Both the position numbers and the translations under genes were made by a program. From a virus: a DNA stretch of 64,000 nucleotides. The notes under the pieces are model-generated. The model was not told where the DNA came from, searched no databases, and saw nothing but the letters and a program-made list of their open reading frames with translations. Below are positions 27,560-35,870 of this stretch, piece by piece. Position 1 is the first letter of the stretch. Each line of letters opens with the position of its first letter. Where the stretch lies: the IMG/VR virus record IMGVR_UViG_3300010885_055964, positions 64,001 to 128,000 of that record; one strand, written 5' to 3'.

Positions 27560-28003
27560 ATGCGACTTAACCAACTATGGTTAGAGTATAAAGGATATCA
27601 TCATGCACCAAATGCAGAAAATGGTGCCCCATTATATGATTTAAAGACTATATATCCTGATGATATATATTCAGCAGATGGTGCAAGAATATACGGTGCG
27701 CGGTGGTGGGGGAAAGTGGATGAAGAAGGAGAATCATATGATGAATTTGCTATAACCATATTGCGGTTAGCTCGAGGCGACCCAGATCGTCAGATAAAGG
27801 TGTACAGAGCTGTCCCGAAATCATTACCATCAGATGTACATATTAACCCAGGTGATTGGGTAACTATTACAAGGCAGTATGCAGAATTGCACGGTGATTA
27901 TGCTTTTAAAGAGCCGTATAAAATATTAACCAAGACCGTAAGAGCCAAGGAGTTATATACTGAGGGTAGTAGTATACATGAATGGGGATACAATCCATCT
28001 TGA
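27560..28003 (+). CDS. ADP-ribosyltransferase-like domain protein
   Basis: KVYRAVP..INPGDWVT..YAELHG..EWGY (R...T...E arrangement); ATG 27560 with GAGG SD. Confidence 0.6.
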   Translation: MRLNQLWLEYKGYHHAPNAENGAPLYDLKTIYPDDIYSADGARIYGARWWGKVDEEGESYDEFAITILRLARGDPDRQIKVYRAVPKSLPSDVHINPGDWVTITRQYAELHGDYAFKEPYKILTKTVRAKELYTEGSSIHEWGYNPS

Positions 28004-28032
28004 CATCTGTAATACCTTCGCATTCGCACTGT

Positions 28033-28161
28033 ATGAAATTAGACGATTCACGAGTACAGATATGTTACGTCAATGTTTGGGAAGCGTCGCGGACGATGCG
28101 GATAGGTACCATCTATATAACTCGCGATGATGGTTCGATAGTCGAAGTAAGCCTTAAATAG
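28033..28161 (+). CDS. 42-aa hypothetical peptide
   Basis: Read by hand: MKLDDSRVQICYVNVW...VEVSLK*; no clear SD. Confidence 0.35.
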   Translation: MKLDDSRVQICYVNVWEASRTMRIGTIYITRDDGSIVEVSLK

Positions 28162-28233
28162 CCCCGTTCGTCTAGATGGTCAGGACGCGGCCCTTTCAAG
28201 GCCGAAACGCCGGATCGTTACCGGCACGGGGTA
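28161..28233 (+). tRNA. trnE: tRNA-Glu(TTC)
   Basis: Acceptor GCCCCGT/ACGGGGT, anticodon arm CGGCC-CTTTCAA-GGCCG, T-stem GCCGG/CCGGC; CCA not encoded. Confidence 0.92.
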
Positions 28234-28342
28234 TTATTGGTACCGGTGTGATGGGAAACATCGAATATAAAATAACGATCGATACTGATGTATTAGAAAT
28301 GACGTTTGGATGGTGGATAGTTATTACTTTAGGAGAAAAGAA

Positions 28343-28750
28343 ATGCGTTACTTGATTATGTTAGTAATAGTGTCGATGCTTGGTGTGACTGCTAATGCCG
28401 GTGAATCTACATTGGTAGGTGATTGCTCAAGTGGCCGGTGTAATATAAGTTCTTCCAAGGCTCGTCCGGTTATAAACGTTGTAAAGGCACCAGTAAGTGC
28501 TGTAATCAATGTAGTGAAAGTCCCGGCAAGTGTTGCTTTGAATGTGGTCAAGGCTCCGATCATAGCAGTTGACCGCATAATTGATCGTCCCCGTGAGCAT
28601 GTGCGTGAGGTCTCTAGCAATTCTCATTGCGGTTGTGGCTGCGAGAGGTCCACTGTAGTATCTTCTCTATCAGAAAATAGCTGCCAAACCAGTTCTTCTG
28701 GCAGTTGTCGCAGCCGTAGGGTCTTTTCTAATATGCGGCGATGCAAGTAA
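28343..28750 (+). CDS. secreted Cys-rich protein with signal peptide
   Basis: MRYLIMLVIVSMLGVTANA signal; three [VA][IL]NVVK[AV]P repeats; CGCGC; AGGAG SD. Confidence 0.7.
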   Translation: MRYLIMLVIVSMLGVTANAGESTLVGDCSSGRCNISSSKARPVINVVKAPVSAVINVVKVPASVALNVVKAPIIAVDRIIDRPREHVREVSSNSHCGCGCERSTVVSSLSENSCQTSSSGSCRSRRVFSNMRRCK

Positions 28751-28761
28751 GATTCCTTGGG

Positions 28762-28770
28762 CAAATATAA
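28762..28770 (+). promoter_or_regulatory. candidate late-promoter motif CAAATATAA
   Basis: One of about 13 intergenic copies of C[AG]AAnATA-like sequence (see findings). Confidence 0.4.
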
Positions 28771-28834
28771 TACGGAGACCGAGGAAATAAAAATCTAAGG
28801 TCGATGTAAAAAGTTAACCAAGGAGACACTGCTC

Positions 28835-29221
28835 ATGTCTGCACAGCCCGCAAACACGGATATTTCGGTTTTCCGAAGCATACGTAGTTATCGGCAGGCA
28901 CACCGGCATGAATCCGTAGCCGCCTTGATCAAACGGCTCCGCCCGCTGGTCATGAGCATTCCCGGCGACGAGGTTCTTGTCGAGGTCCTGACCCGTGACA
29001 CCAACGTAGTCGACTTCAGCCCATACATGGGTGAGGCTCGTCACACTGCTTCACGTGGTTTCCCGATTGTTGTTGGCCTTAAGCCGGTCGTATCGCTTGA
29101 GGATGCACAAGAGGGTATTCCTGATGTTGATTTCGCCTACCAGATCGGTGGCGACGTCTTCCTTAAGAATACCGCCGCAGGCCTCTCTGGCGACCTTCAT
29201 GGTGATGCTCGCGCACTTTGA
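28835..29221 (+). CDS. hypothetical protein, probably highly expressed
   Basis: AAGGAG SD, C-ending codon bias, followed by a strong hairpin. Confidence 0.75.
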   Translation: MSAQPANTDISVFRSIRSYRQAHRHESVAALIKRLRPLVMSIPGDEVLVEVLTRDTNVVDFSPYMGEARHTASRGFPIVVGLKPVVSLEDAQEGIPDVDFAYQIGGDVFLKNTAAGLSGDLHGDARAL

Positions 29222-29242
29222 AGTCGATCAGTGCTGGTAAAC

Positions 29243-29276
29243 GCATTCGGCCCAGTAGTATTACTGGGCCGAATGC
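29243..29276. terminator. 15-bp perfect hairpin (terminator or RNA-stability element)
   Basis: GCATTCGGCCCAGTA-gtat-TACTGGGCCGAATGC; no U-tract. Confidence 0.6.
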
Positions 29277-29346
29277 ATATCCGGACATAATGATAGACAC
29301 AGACCCATTAATACTTCTCGCCAAACCTAAGATAAGGAGATAACAC

Positions 29347-29610
29347 ATGTCATTCGAGACCATAGTAATATATCGAGATCTGCCAATAAAAAACGGTTAC
29401 GTACAGATACCCCCCAATAATCCAAGACTCAATAGTATGGTTCAGGCAGATGTTGCTGCTGAATTAACTAATAATCAGATAGTTAGACTGTCATCTGGTT
29501 CAGGTAAACCAACAGGGTCTGGATACGGCCAGCAAGAATTTTTAAGGTTGGTCGGTATCAACCCAAATTCATGGTATACTGTCGATCCAGTAAGCCAATT
29601 GCTCGATTAA
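29347..29610 (+). CDS. hypothetical protein
   Basis: 87-aa ORF, AAGGAG SD. Confidence 0.7.
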   Translation: MSFETIVIYRDLPIKNGYVQIPPNNPRLNSMVQADVAAELTNNQIVRLSSGSGKPTGSGYGQQEFLRLVGINPNSWYTVDPVSQLLD

Positions 29611-29629
29611 ATTTATAGAGGAGTCGAAC

Positions 29630-30172
29630 ATGCCCAGATTGGTACCATTTACATTGCACATTAAAATAGTACCTGATCACGGATCGGGTATACTAAAGAG
29701 CAAAAGATTAGAATATGTAAGAGATATGCAGAAGATAGCTAGTTTGATGTATAAGTCTGTTAGCAACATAGCTGGAATCCAATTGGCACAGCCTGGTGGT
29801 GGCCAACATGCATCTTATTATGGTGGAGACCACAACAATAGCGGCATGGTGAGTGGTATGGCAGTCAAGCCTCAATTTGGGGAAACGCCTGCACAGGTTA
29901 TGATAACTGGATTTGCAAACGATTCAGGATCAGCTAATGTCCAGAACTATGTCGAGATTCAACGTATATCTGGTAACGAAGTGTATACTGGATATGCCCC
30001 TAGTAGAGCTGAGTACAATCCGACTTCGAATCTTGATGATTTGGTGAGTGATCTTAAGGATTTAGTAACTAACGCTCTAGCTGCCGATTTACCATCTGGT
30101 ATAGTATATGATATCTTTAGAATAGAGATGTCGGGGGTGATTTATGGAGACAGAGGTTATCATTTTCCATGA
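29630..30172 (+). CDS. hypothetical protein (probable virion protein)
   Basis: 180-aa ORF, GAGGAG SD, upstream of the neck gene. Confidence 0.7.
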   Translation: MPRLVPFTLHIKIVPDHGSGILKSKRLEYVRDMQKIASLMYKSVSNIAGIQLAQPGGGQHASYYGGDHNNSGMVSGMAVKPQFGETPAQVMITGFANDSGSANVQNYVEIQRISGNEVYTGYAPSRAEYNPTSNLDDLVSDLKDLVTNALAADLPSGIVYDIFRIEMSGVIYGDRGYHFP

Positions 30173-30354
30173 AAATGGCAAAGGAGGATCTTCAAAGAAT
30201 TAGGCACATAGTCGCTTTTAAAGGTGTTGAGATGACACCAGACCAGATAATCCAACTACTCCGAGAAGTAGAGCCTGATATCAGAATAGTAGAAGAGCCG
30301 GGTTTAGTGACGCTTATTAAGGAATTAGAAAATGGCGATAATAGCACCGGCTGA
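30169..30354 (+). CDS. hypothetical protein
   Basis: 61-aa ORF coupled on both sides. Confidence 0.55.
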   Translation: MKMAKEDLQRIRHIVAFKGVEMTPDQIIQLLREVEPDIRIVEEPGLVTLIKELENGDNSTG

Positions 30355-31114
30355 CCTACCATCGGTGCTAAAGCTCCGTAGTGAGCCAATGAAGAAGTAT
30401 GTATTAACTCAACTAGGCCATCCTGTTACCGAAGTAGAGATGACCGAGGACCAATGGGAAACCATATGGAAAGTAGCAGGTGATTTTATAGCTGGTTACT
30501 TTCCCAAAGAACAAAAGTTGGGATTATTTTACACGCATCCTTTAGAATCAACATACCCATTACCTGATGATGCTTATTGGATCCAAGAAGTGCATTGGGA
30601 TCCAGTAACCACTCGGATAGATGATGTTTTTGGTGCTGAGTCATTCCTATTCAACATAGGAAATATATCAGGAATACAGAACATATTATTAGATTACCAT
30701 TTACTGCAAGCGTACAGAAAATTCTCACAGAAGATATTAGGGACTGAAGGTCATTGGGAGGTGATAAATGAGGGGGTTAGTCATGTTCAAGGTGACAGTT
30801 TAAGTGCTAAAGATCAGAGGATAAGATTGTACCCAACCCCAAAGGGCGCATTTCCTGTAGTGGTTCTTTACATTCCAGTGATCAATCATTTTAGAAGCCC
30901 TCAAGCTAGAAGAGTATGTTATGATATGATGCTGGCAGAGGCAAAGTGTGTGTTGGGACATGCAAGGCGTAAAATACAGGGTATGCCAACACCAGATGGT
31001 GGTTCTATTAATTATGATGGTAATGATCTGGTCCAGGAAGGTGAAAAGATGAAGACAGAAGTACTCGAGATGGCGATTAAATTAGGTGAACCTCTCGGTG
31101 TTTGGACCTGGTGA
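30332..31114 (+). CDS. neck/adaptor protein (T4 gp13-like)
   Basis: YVLTQLGHPVTEVEMTEDQ; C-term PTPDGGSINYDGNDLVQEG..EPLGVW. Confidence 0.85.
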   Translation: MAIIAPADLPSVLKLRSEPMKKYVLTQLGHPVTEVEMTEDQWETIWKVAGDFIAGYFPKEQKLGLFYTHPLESTYPLPDDAYWIQEVHWDPVTTRIDDVFGAESFLFNIGNISGIQNILLDYHLLQAYRKFSQKILGTEGHWEVINEGVSHVQGDSLSAKDQRIRLYPTPKGAFPVVVLYIPVINHFRSPQARRVCYDMMLAEAKCVLGHARRKIQGMPTPDGGSINYDGNDLVQEGEKMKTEVLEMAIKLGEPLGVWTW

Positions 31115-31151
31115 TTATTTAGATATCGATTGGGTATAGTGCATCTATAAT

Positions 31152-31160
31152 CAAATATAA
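31152..31160 (+). promoter_or_regulatory. candidate late-promoter motif CAAATATAA
   Basis: Intergenic, upstream of the fibre operon. Confidence 0.4.
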
Positions 31161-31198
31161 AGCGACGACCGATTAAAATATTATAAAACGTTGGTGCT

Positions 31199-31906
31199 AT
31201 GGTGCACACCTACATTAGGAATCAGCGTGCTCCTTATGATAATATAAGTATTGAAACAAGCCCTATTATCAATATGACAAGCATACGCGGCAAGATAGAC
31301 CAGACATACCAGTTGGAGATCACCGCTAACAATAAAATCATAATACCAGGCCAAGAACCTACATCTGCTGTATCTGCTCCTAAAATATCACCATATAACC
31401 CAGTAAGACATGATTATAACGTAATGGTCGATTATAAAGATGTGCTAGAAGCTATTCCGGGCAGTTATATAAAGTACGGCATGAATTTTAACAAGGGATC
31501 AAGACAAAAATGGATAGTATTCCCTCCATCGAATTACGATTGTCCCTGTGAGCCTAGGAAAGATTATTATCAAATATTAAGTACATTACCGTGTACAACA
31601 CCTTCAGTCGCTGAAGAATATGATAGGTGTGATATGCTAGGTATGGGTTATTGTCCATCACCTGATTTCGAACAAGAAGGTGCGTGCCCCACACCACAAC
31701 CTTATGTCAGAGAGGATTGTCCAACACCTTGCCCCAAGGGTCCTGTAGGACCAGTTGGACCACCAGGCCCTCCAGGAGATACGGTAACCAAGCTAGACCA
31801 GCTAATAGATGTGGTAGCACCACAACCAGTAGAAGGAAGTGGGCTCAGATATATCGATGGGGTCTGGAGGGATGTGCCAAATATCGTGGATGGCGGTGAA
31901 TTCTAA
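31199..31906 (+). CDS. virion fibre-associated protein with short collagen repeat
   Basis: GPVGPVGPPGPPG; LDQLIDV..GSGLRYIDGVW; C-term DGGEF. Confidence 0.7.
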   Translation: MVHTYIRNQRAPYDNISIETSPIINMTSIRGKIDQTYQLEITANNKIIIPGQEPTSAVSAPKISPYNPVRHDYNVMVDYKDVLEAIPGSYIKYGMNFNKGSRQKWIVFPPSNYDCPCEPRKDYYQILSTLPCTTPSVAEEYDRCDMLGMGYCPSPDFEQEGACPTPQPYVREDCPTPCPKGPVGPVGPPGPPGDTVTKLDQLIDVVAPQPVEGSGLRYIDGVWRDVPNIVDGGEF

Positions 31907-31914
31907 ATGAGATT

Positions 31915-32625
31915 ATGATGCCTGTTTATGACAATATTCGAATTCGACGACGCACAAGTGGAGCAGGTGGTCCACCAGCTTCGTTGCTCAATGCTGAACC
32001 TGCATATAATGAAGTAAACGATGTATTATATATAGGTGTAGGCCAGGGTATAGATGGTAAGGCACAGACGATTAAGGCTATCGCTGGTGCTGGAGCTTTT
32101 GCTACTAATGAATATGTCGTATCAGCCGTCGCTGGCGTCACGTCGCAGTTAGCCAACTATCTTACGATTACTGCTGCTGCGTCGACTTATTTAAGAATAT
32201 CGGTCGCATCTACAACATACCTGACAAGGGCATCTGCGAGCAACACATACGCACCACTCGACTCAGCCCATCTAATAGGCATACCGACCGCTCCTACTGC
32301 TGAGAACCTAACCAGTACGACACAAGTCGCCAATACTGCTTTTGTACAAACGGCAGTAGGATTGGTCAAGGGCGAAGTACCACAATCACTAGACACTCTT
32401 AAGAAGATAGCGGACGCCATTGGCTCAGATGCTAGCTTTTCAGAGACGGTTGTAAATGCATTAGCAGCAAAACTAAATCAGACGTCCAACCTTTCAGATT
32501 TAACTAGTACTAGTGATGCTAGGGAAAATCTAGAGCTTGGTACTATGGCGGTGCAGAATGCTGATAATGTATCCATCACTGGTGGATCTATTCAAAGCGT
32601 AATCATCGATGGTGGGTCTTTCTAA
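31915..32625 (+). CDS. fibre protein
   Basis: N-term IRIRR..PASLLNAEPAYN..LYIG; IPTAPTA..STTQVANTAFV; LDTLKKIADAI; C-term DGGSF. Confidence 0.8.
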   Translation: MMPVYDNIRIRRRTSGAGGPPASLLNAEPAYNEVNDVLYIGVGQGIDGKAQTIKAIAGAGAFATNEYVVSAVAGVTSQLANYLTITAAASTYLRISVASTTYLTRASASNTYAPLDSAHLIGIPTAPTAENLTSTTQVANTAFVQTAVGLVKGEVPQSLDTLKKIADAIGSDASFSETVVNALAAKLNQTSNLSDLTSTSDARENLELGTMAVQNADNVSITGGSIQSVIIDGGSF

Positions 32626-32675
32626 AACCAAAACGACCCGTGTGAGTAAGTATTAACAACTTTTAGGAGTCGATA

Positions 32676-34040
32676 ATGCCAAACCCTATTCGTATTAAGA
32701 GGACTACTACTAGTAACCGCCCGGCAAGTTTGCAAAATGCCGAGATGGCGTTTATAGAGGGTAGCCAGATATTGACGTATGGTATTGGTACTGGTGGGGC
32801 TGGCGGCACTGCTACCAGTATAATCGATATTGGTGGTATTGGTGCTTTTCTGGGGTTGGCTAGCAATCTGACTCAGACTGCTGCCGGAACATACACGTTT
32901 TCTGGTACACTCAATTCAGTAACACAGTCTAGCTCTGATAATTCGACCAAAGTAGCAACCACTGCGTTCGTAAAGAATCAGGGTTATTTGACCGCTGAGA
33001 CGTATCTTGGCACGGTTACTAGTGTGTCATTGAGCCTGCCAAATATTCTGACTGTTTCTGGATCTCCGGTCACTAGCTCTGGTACGCTAAGCGCTACGCT
33101 GGCTACACAGACTGCGAATTACGTCTGGGCTGGGCCGACGACAGGCAGTGCATCCAGCCCAACGTTCCGTGCACTGGTTGCAGGTGATATTCCAACTCTA
33201 ACGGCCAGTAAGATCTCGGATTTTGCAACGACGGCTCAGGGCTATCGCCTTGACCAGTTTGCTGTGCCGACTGGTAGCGTGAGTTTTAACTCACAGAATA
33301 TTACCAATCTGGCTGACCCTACAAATGCCCAAGATGCAGCTACCAAAGCCTACGTAGATGCTGCACGTTCTGGTCTGGACGTCAAGCAGTCGGTGCGAGC
33401 GGCAACAACGGCAAATATTACGCTCTCAGGTACACAGACTATAGACGGCATTAATTTGGTGGCTGGCGATCGCGTGCTAGTTAAAAACCAAAGTACTGGT
33501 AGCCAGAATGGTATTTATGTCGTAGCGGCTGGGGCTTGGTCTCGAGCTACTGATGCCGATAGTAGTGCTGAGGTAACACCGGGACTGTTTACGTTCGTTG
33601 AGGAGGGCACGGTCAATGATAATTCTGGTTGGGTGTTAGCTACCGATCAGACGATTACACTTGGTACAACTAGCCTGACGTTCGCACAATTCAGTGGTGC
33701 TGGACAGATTACCCCTGGCGATGGTCTGACCAAAAACGGTAATCAAATAGATGTGGTGACGGCTAGCTCTACCCGAATCGTAGTAAGTGCTGATAGTATC
33801 GATCTGGCAACGACTGGCGTGTTGGCTTCGACCTACAAGAGCGTCACGGTCGATACTTACGGCCGTGTGACAGCCGGCACCAATCCTACGACACTTGCTG
33901 GGTATGGTATCACCGACGCACAAAGCCAGATCACTTCAGTAGGTCTGTTAAAGGGGGCCGGTGCTGGGTCGATTTCAGCAGCAGTGGCTGGCACTGATTA
34001 TCTCTCCCCTAGCAGTGATATTGATGGTGGCAGCTACTAG
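32676..34040 (+). CDS. fibre protein
   Basis: N-term IRIKR..PASLQNAEMAF; DPTNAQDAATKAYVD; GLDVKQSVRAATT; GDRVLVKNQ..QNGIYV; C-term DGGSY. Confidence 0.85.
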   Translation: MPNPIRIKRTTTSNRPASLQNAEMAFIEGSQILTYGIGTGGAGGTATSIIDIGGIGAFLGLASNLTQTAAGTYTFSGTLNSVTQSSSDNSTKVATTAFVKNQGYLTAETYLGTVTSVSLSLPNILTVSGSPVTSSGTLSATLATQTANYVWAGPTTGSASSPTFRALVAGDIPTLTASKISDFATTAQGYRLDQFAVPTGSVSFNSQNITNLADPTNAQDAATKAYVDAARSGLDVKQSVRAATTANITLSGTQTIDGINLVAGDRVLVKNQSTGSQNGIYVVAAGAWSRATDADSSAEVTPGLFTFVEEGTVNDNSGWVLATDQTITLGTTSLTFAQFSGAGQITPGDGLTKNGNQIDVVTASSTRIVVSADSIDLATTGVLASTYKSVTVDTYGRVTAGTNPTTLAGYGITDAQSQITSVGLLKGAGAGSISAAVAGTDYLSPSSDIDGGSY

Positions 34041-34059
34041 TAAATAACTAGGAACTGTT

Positions 34060-35187
34060 ATGCCACGCAAGAATAAAATAATAATACGTAATGGTACGGG
34101 TGCGCCCTCGGCTTCGGACTTCGTGACGGGCGAGCCTGCGTTTGATTCAAGCGCGGGCTCGTTGTATATCAAAAACGCTGCCGGCACGATGGCCCAGATT
34201 ACCGGTGGTGGCGGCGGCAGCGTCCCAGACCCCTACGAGCTGGGTACCTATCCGCTGATCACGATCTCCGCGCAGCCGTCGGCGACAAGCGTGACGGCTG
34301 GCAACAGCGCGACGTTCACCGTCACGGCCGCGGCCACCCTGCCGACGGCGGCGATCTCCTACCAGTGGCAAGTCTCCACCGACGGCGGCTCGACGTGGAG
34401 CAACGTCAGCGGTGCCGCGTCGTCGTCGCTCACGCTCACCAATCTCCAGATCAGCAGCAGCGGGTATCGCTATCGGTGCAGGTTAACGGCGAACCTGTCG
34501 CAGATTTTTTCGTCGTCAGCGACGTTGACGGTAAATATTGGGTTAAATCAAGCTGTCTTGTTGACGAGCGGAACAAGCTACACGGTGCCAAATGGTGCGA
34601 CCAGCATGAAGGCGTGGGCGGTGGGTGGTGGGCAGGGATACGCTGCTAACTTTGGCGGATACGGAAACGCCGCAGGCGTGGCTTACAAGACATGGAGCGT
34701 AAGCGGAGGAGTCACGGTCACGTATTCAGTTGGATCGGGAGGCACGTCAGGCGTGTACGGCGGCGCAGGAACTGATAGCACTGTGACATTCTCCGGCACT
34801 ACAATTACGGGCGGCGGCGGCAAAACACAAAGCACAGGCGGCACGTTTTCAGGTGGAGACGGAGGCAGCGCGGGCGGTCTTTCGCCGGGTAATTTTTCTT
34901 TCCAAGGCACCTATGCTGCTGCTGGTGGCGCAGTTGGCGGAAATGGAACAAGAGCAAGTTGCGGGCGATATCCGGCAACAGACATCAGTGGATTGCTGGC
35001 TGCTGTAGCATTGGCTGGTGGAAAAACAACCGAGGATTGCGGAGCAACTGCTGCATTTGGAAGCGGCGCAGCGGCTGTAAAGTACGGCACCAGTTTGGCT
35101 GCTGGGTATGGAGGTGGTGGCGCATATATCACTGGCGCGACAACTCGGAACGGTGGAGGCGGCGCGGTTGTGCTGTATTTCACATGA
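34060..35187 (+). CDS. fibre protein with Ig-like and glycine-rich domains
   Basis: N-term IIIRN..GEPAFDS..LYIKN; ITISAQP..YQWQ..YRYRC Ig domain; Gly-rich C-term. Confidence 0.8.
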   Translation: MPRKNKIIIRNGTGAPSASDFVTGEPAFDSSAGSLYIKNAAGTMAQITGGGGGSVPDPYELGTYPLITISAQPSATSVTAGNSATFTVTAAATLPTAAISYQWQVSTDGGSTWSNVSGAASSSLTLTNLQISSSGYRYRCRLTANLSQIFSSSATLTVNIGLNQAVLLTSGTSYTVPNGATSMKAWAVGGGQGYAANFGGYGNAAGVAYKTWSVSGGVTVTYSVGSGGTSGVYGGAGTDSTVTFSGTTITGGGGKTQSTGGTFSGGDGGSAGGLSPGNFSFQGTYAAAGGAVGGNGTRASCGRYPATDISGLLAAVALAGGKTTEDCGATAAFGSGAAAVKYGTSLAAGYGGGGAYITGATTRNGGGGAVVLYFT

Positions 35188-35666
35188 GCAATGTGCTGAG
35201 ATCGCCAACAACTAACAACGCGATTCTGCTTACACCCAGATCCGGCTCGCACTCACTTGCGGCTGCTGCCATGCAAGTGTTCTGGCCCGGTGTGGAAGTT
35301 GTCGATAATCACCCGGCCTCGTACTTTCCTAACGACGAATGGTGGAGCGATGCGACAGACAATTGCGCAATCGTCGTCCGAAATCCCGTAGAACGCTTCA
35401 GAAGCATGTGCGCACATGTGCCGGGACGACCGCTAGAAGAGCATCTTGCCAATCCGATTTACGGCCCGCTGCCGCAAGGCAACTTCGTCCGCTACTTCCG
35501 TTTTGAGGATCAACTGAACGACGCCGCCGAATGGCTAGGCTTGCCAACGCCGCTGCCGCACGAGGACGCGACCGACCCCGCGGCGAAGCCCGCGTTGACG
35601 CCGGATCAGGAGGCTCTCGTGCGTCAAATCTTCGCCGCGGACATTGCCTTGTGGGAGTCGATCTGA
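35184..35666 (+). CDS. sulfotransferase family 2-like protein (compact)
   Basis: LLTPRSGSHSL, IVVRNPVERFRS, FRFED, LPHED; ATG 35184 overlaps the upstream stop. Confidence 0.75.
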   Translation: MSNVLRSPTTNNAILLTPRSGSHSLAAAAMQVFWPGVEVVDNHPASYFPNDEWWSDATDNCAIVVRNPVERFRSMCAHVPGRPLEEHLANPIYGPLPQGNFVRYFRFEDQLNDAAEWLGLPTPLPHEDATDPAAKPALTPDQEALVRQIFAADIALWESI

Positions 35667-35863
35667 TGGCCGTCATCAACACACAACGCGGCACAGCCGC
35701 AGCACTGACAGCGACCAACCCCGTGATCGCGGACGGGCAGGTCGTGTATGAGACCGACACTGGTCGCTTAAAAATTGGCGACGGCGTAACGGCGTGGGTG
35801 TCGCTGCGCTACGTGACGATCAACCACATCGGCGCTTACGCCGCATCAATCCTCTTCGGGTAA
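35666..35863 (+). CDS. stand-alone hyaluronidase/Mtd N-terminal-type fibre domain
   Basis: QRGTAA..NPVIADGQVVYETDTGRLKIGDGVTAWVSLRY. Confidence 0.8.
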   Translation: MAVINTQRGTAAALTATNPVIADGQVVYETDTGRLKIGDGVTAWVSLRYVTINHIGAYAASILFG

Positions 35864-35870
35864 AACGAAC

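Noticed and set aside
28238-28262. Possible second tRNA fragment after tRNA-Glu (GGTACCGGTGTGATGGGAAACATC)
   Set aside because: No anticodon arm, T-arm or matching acceptor strand
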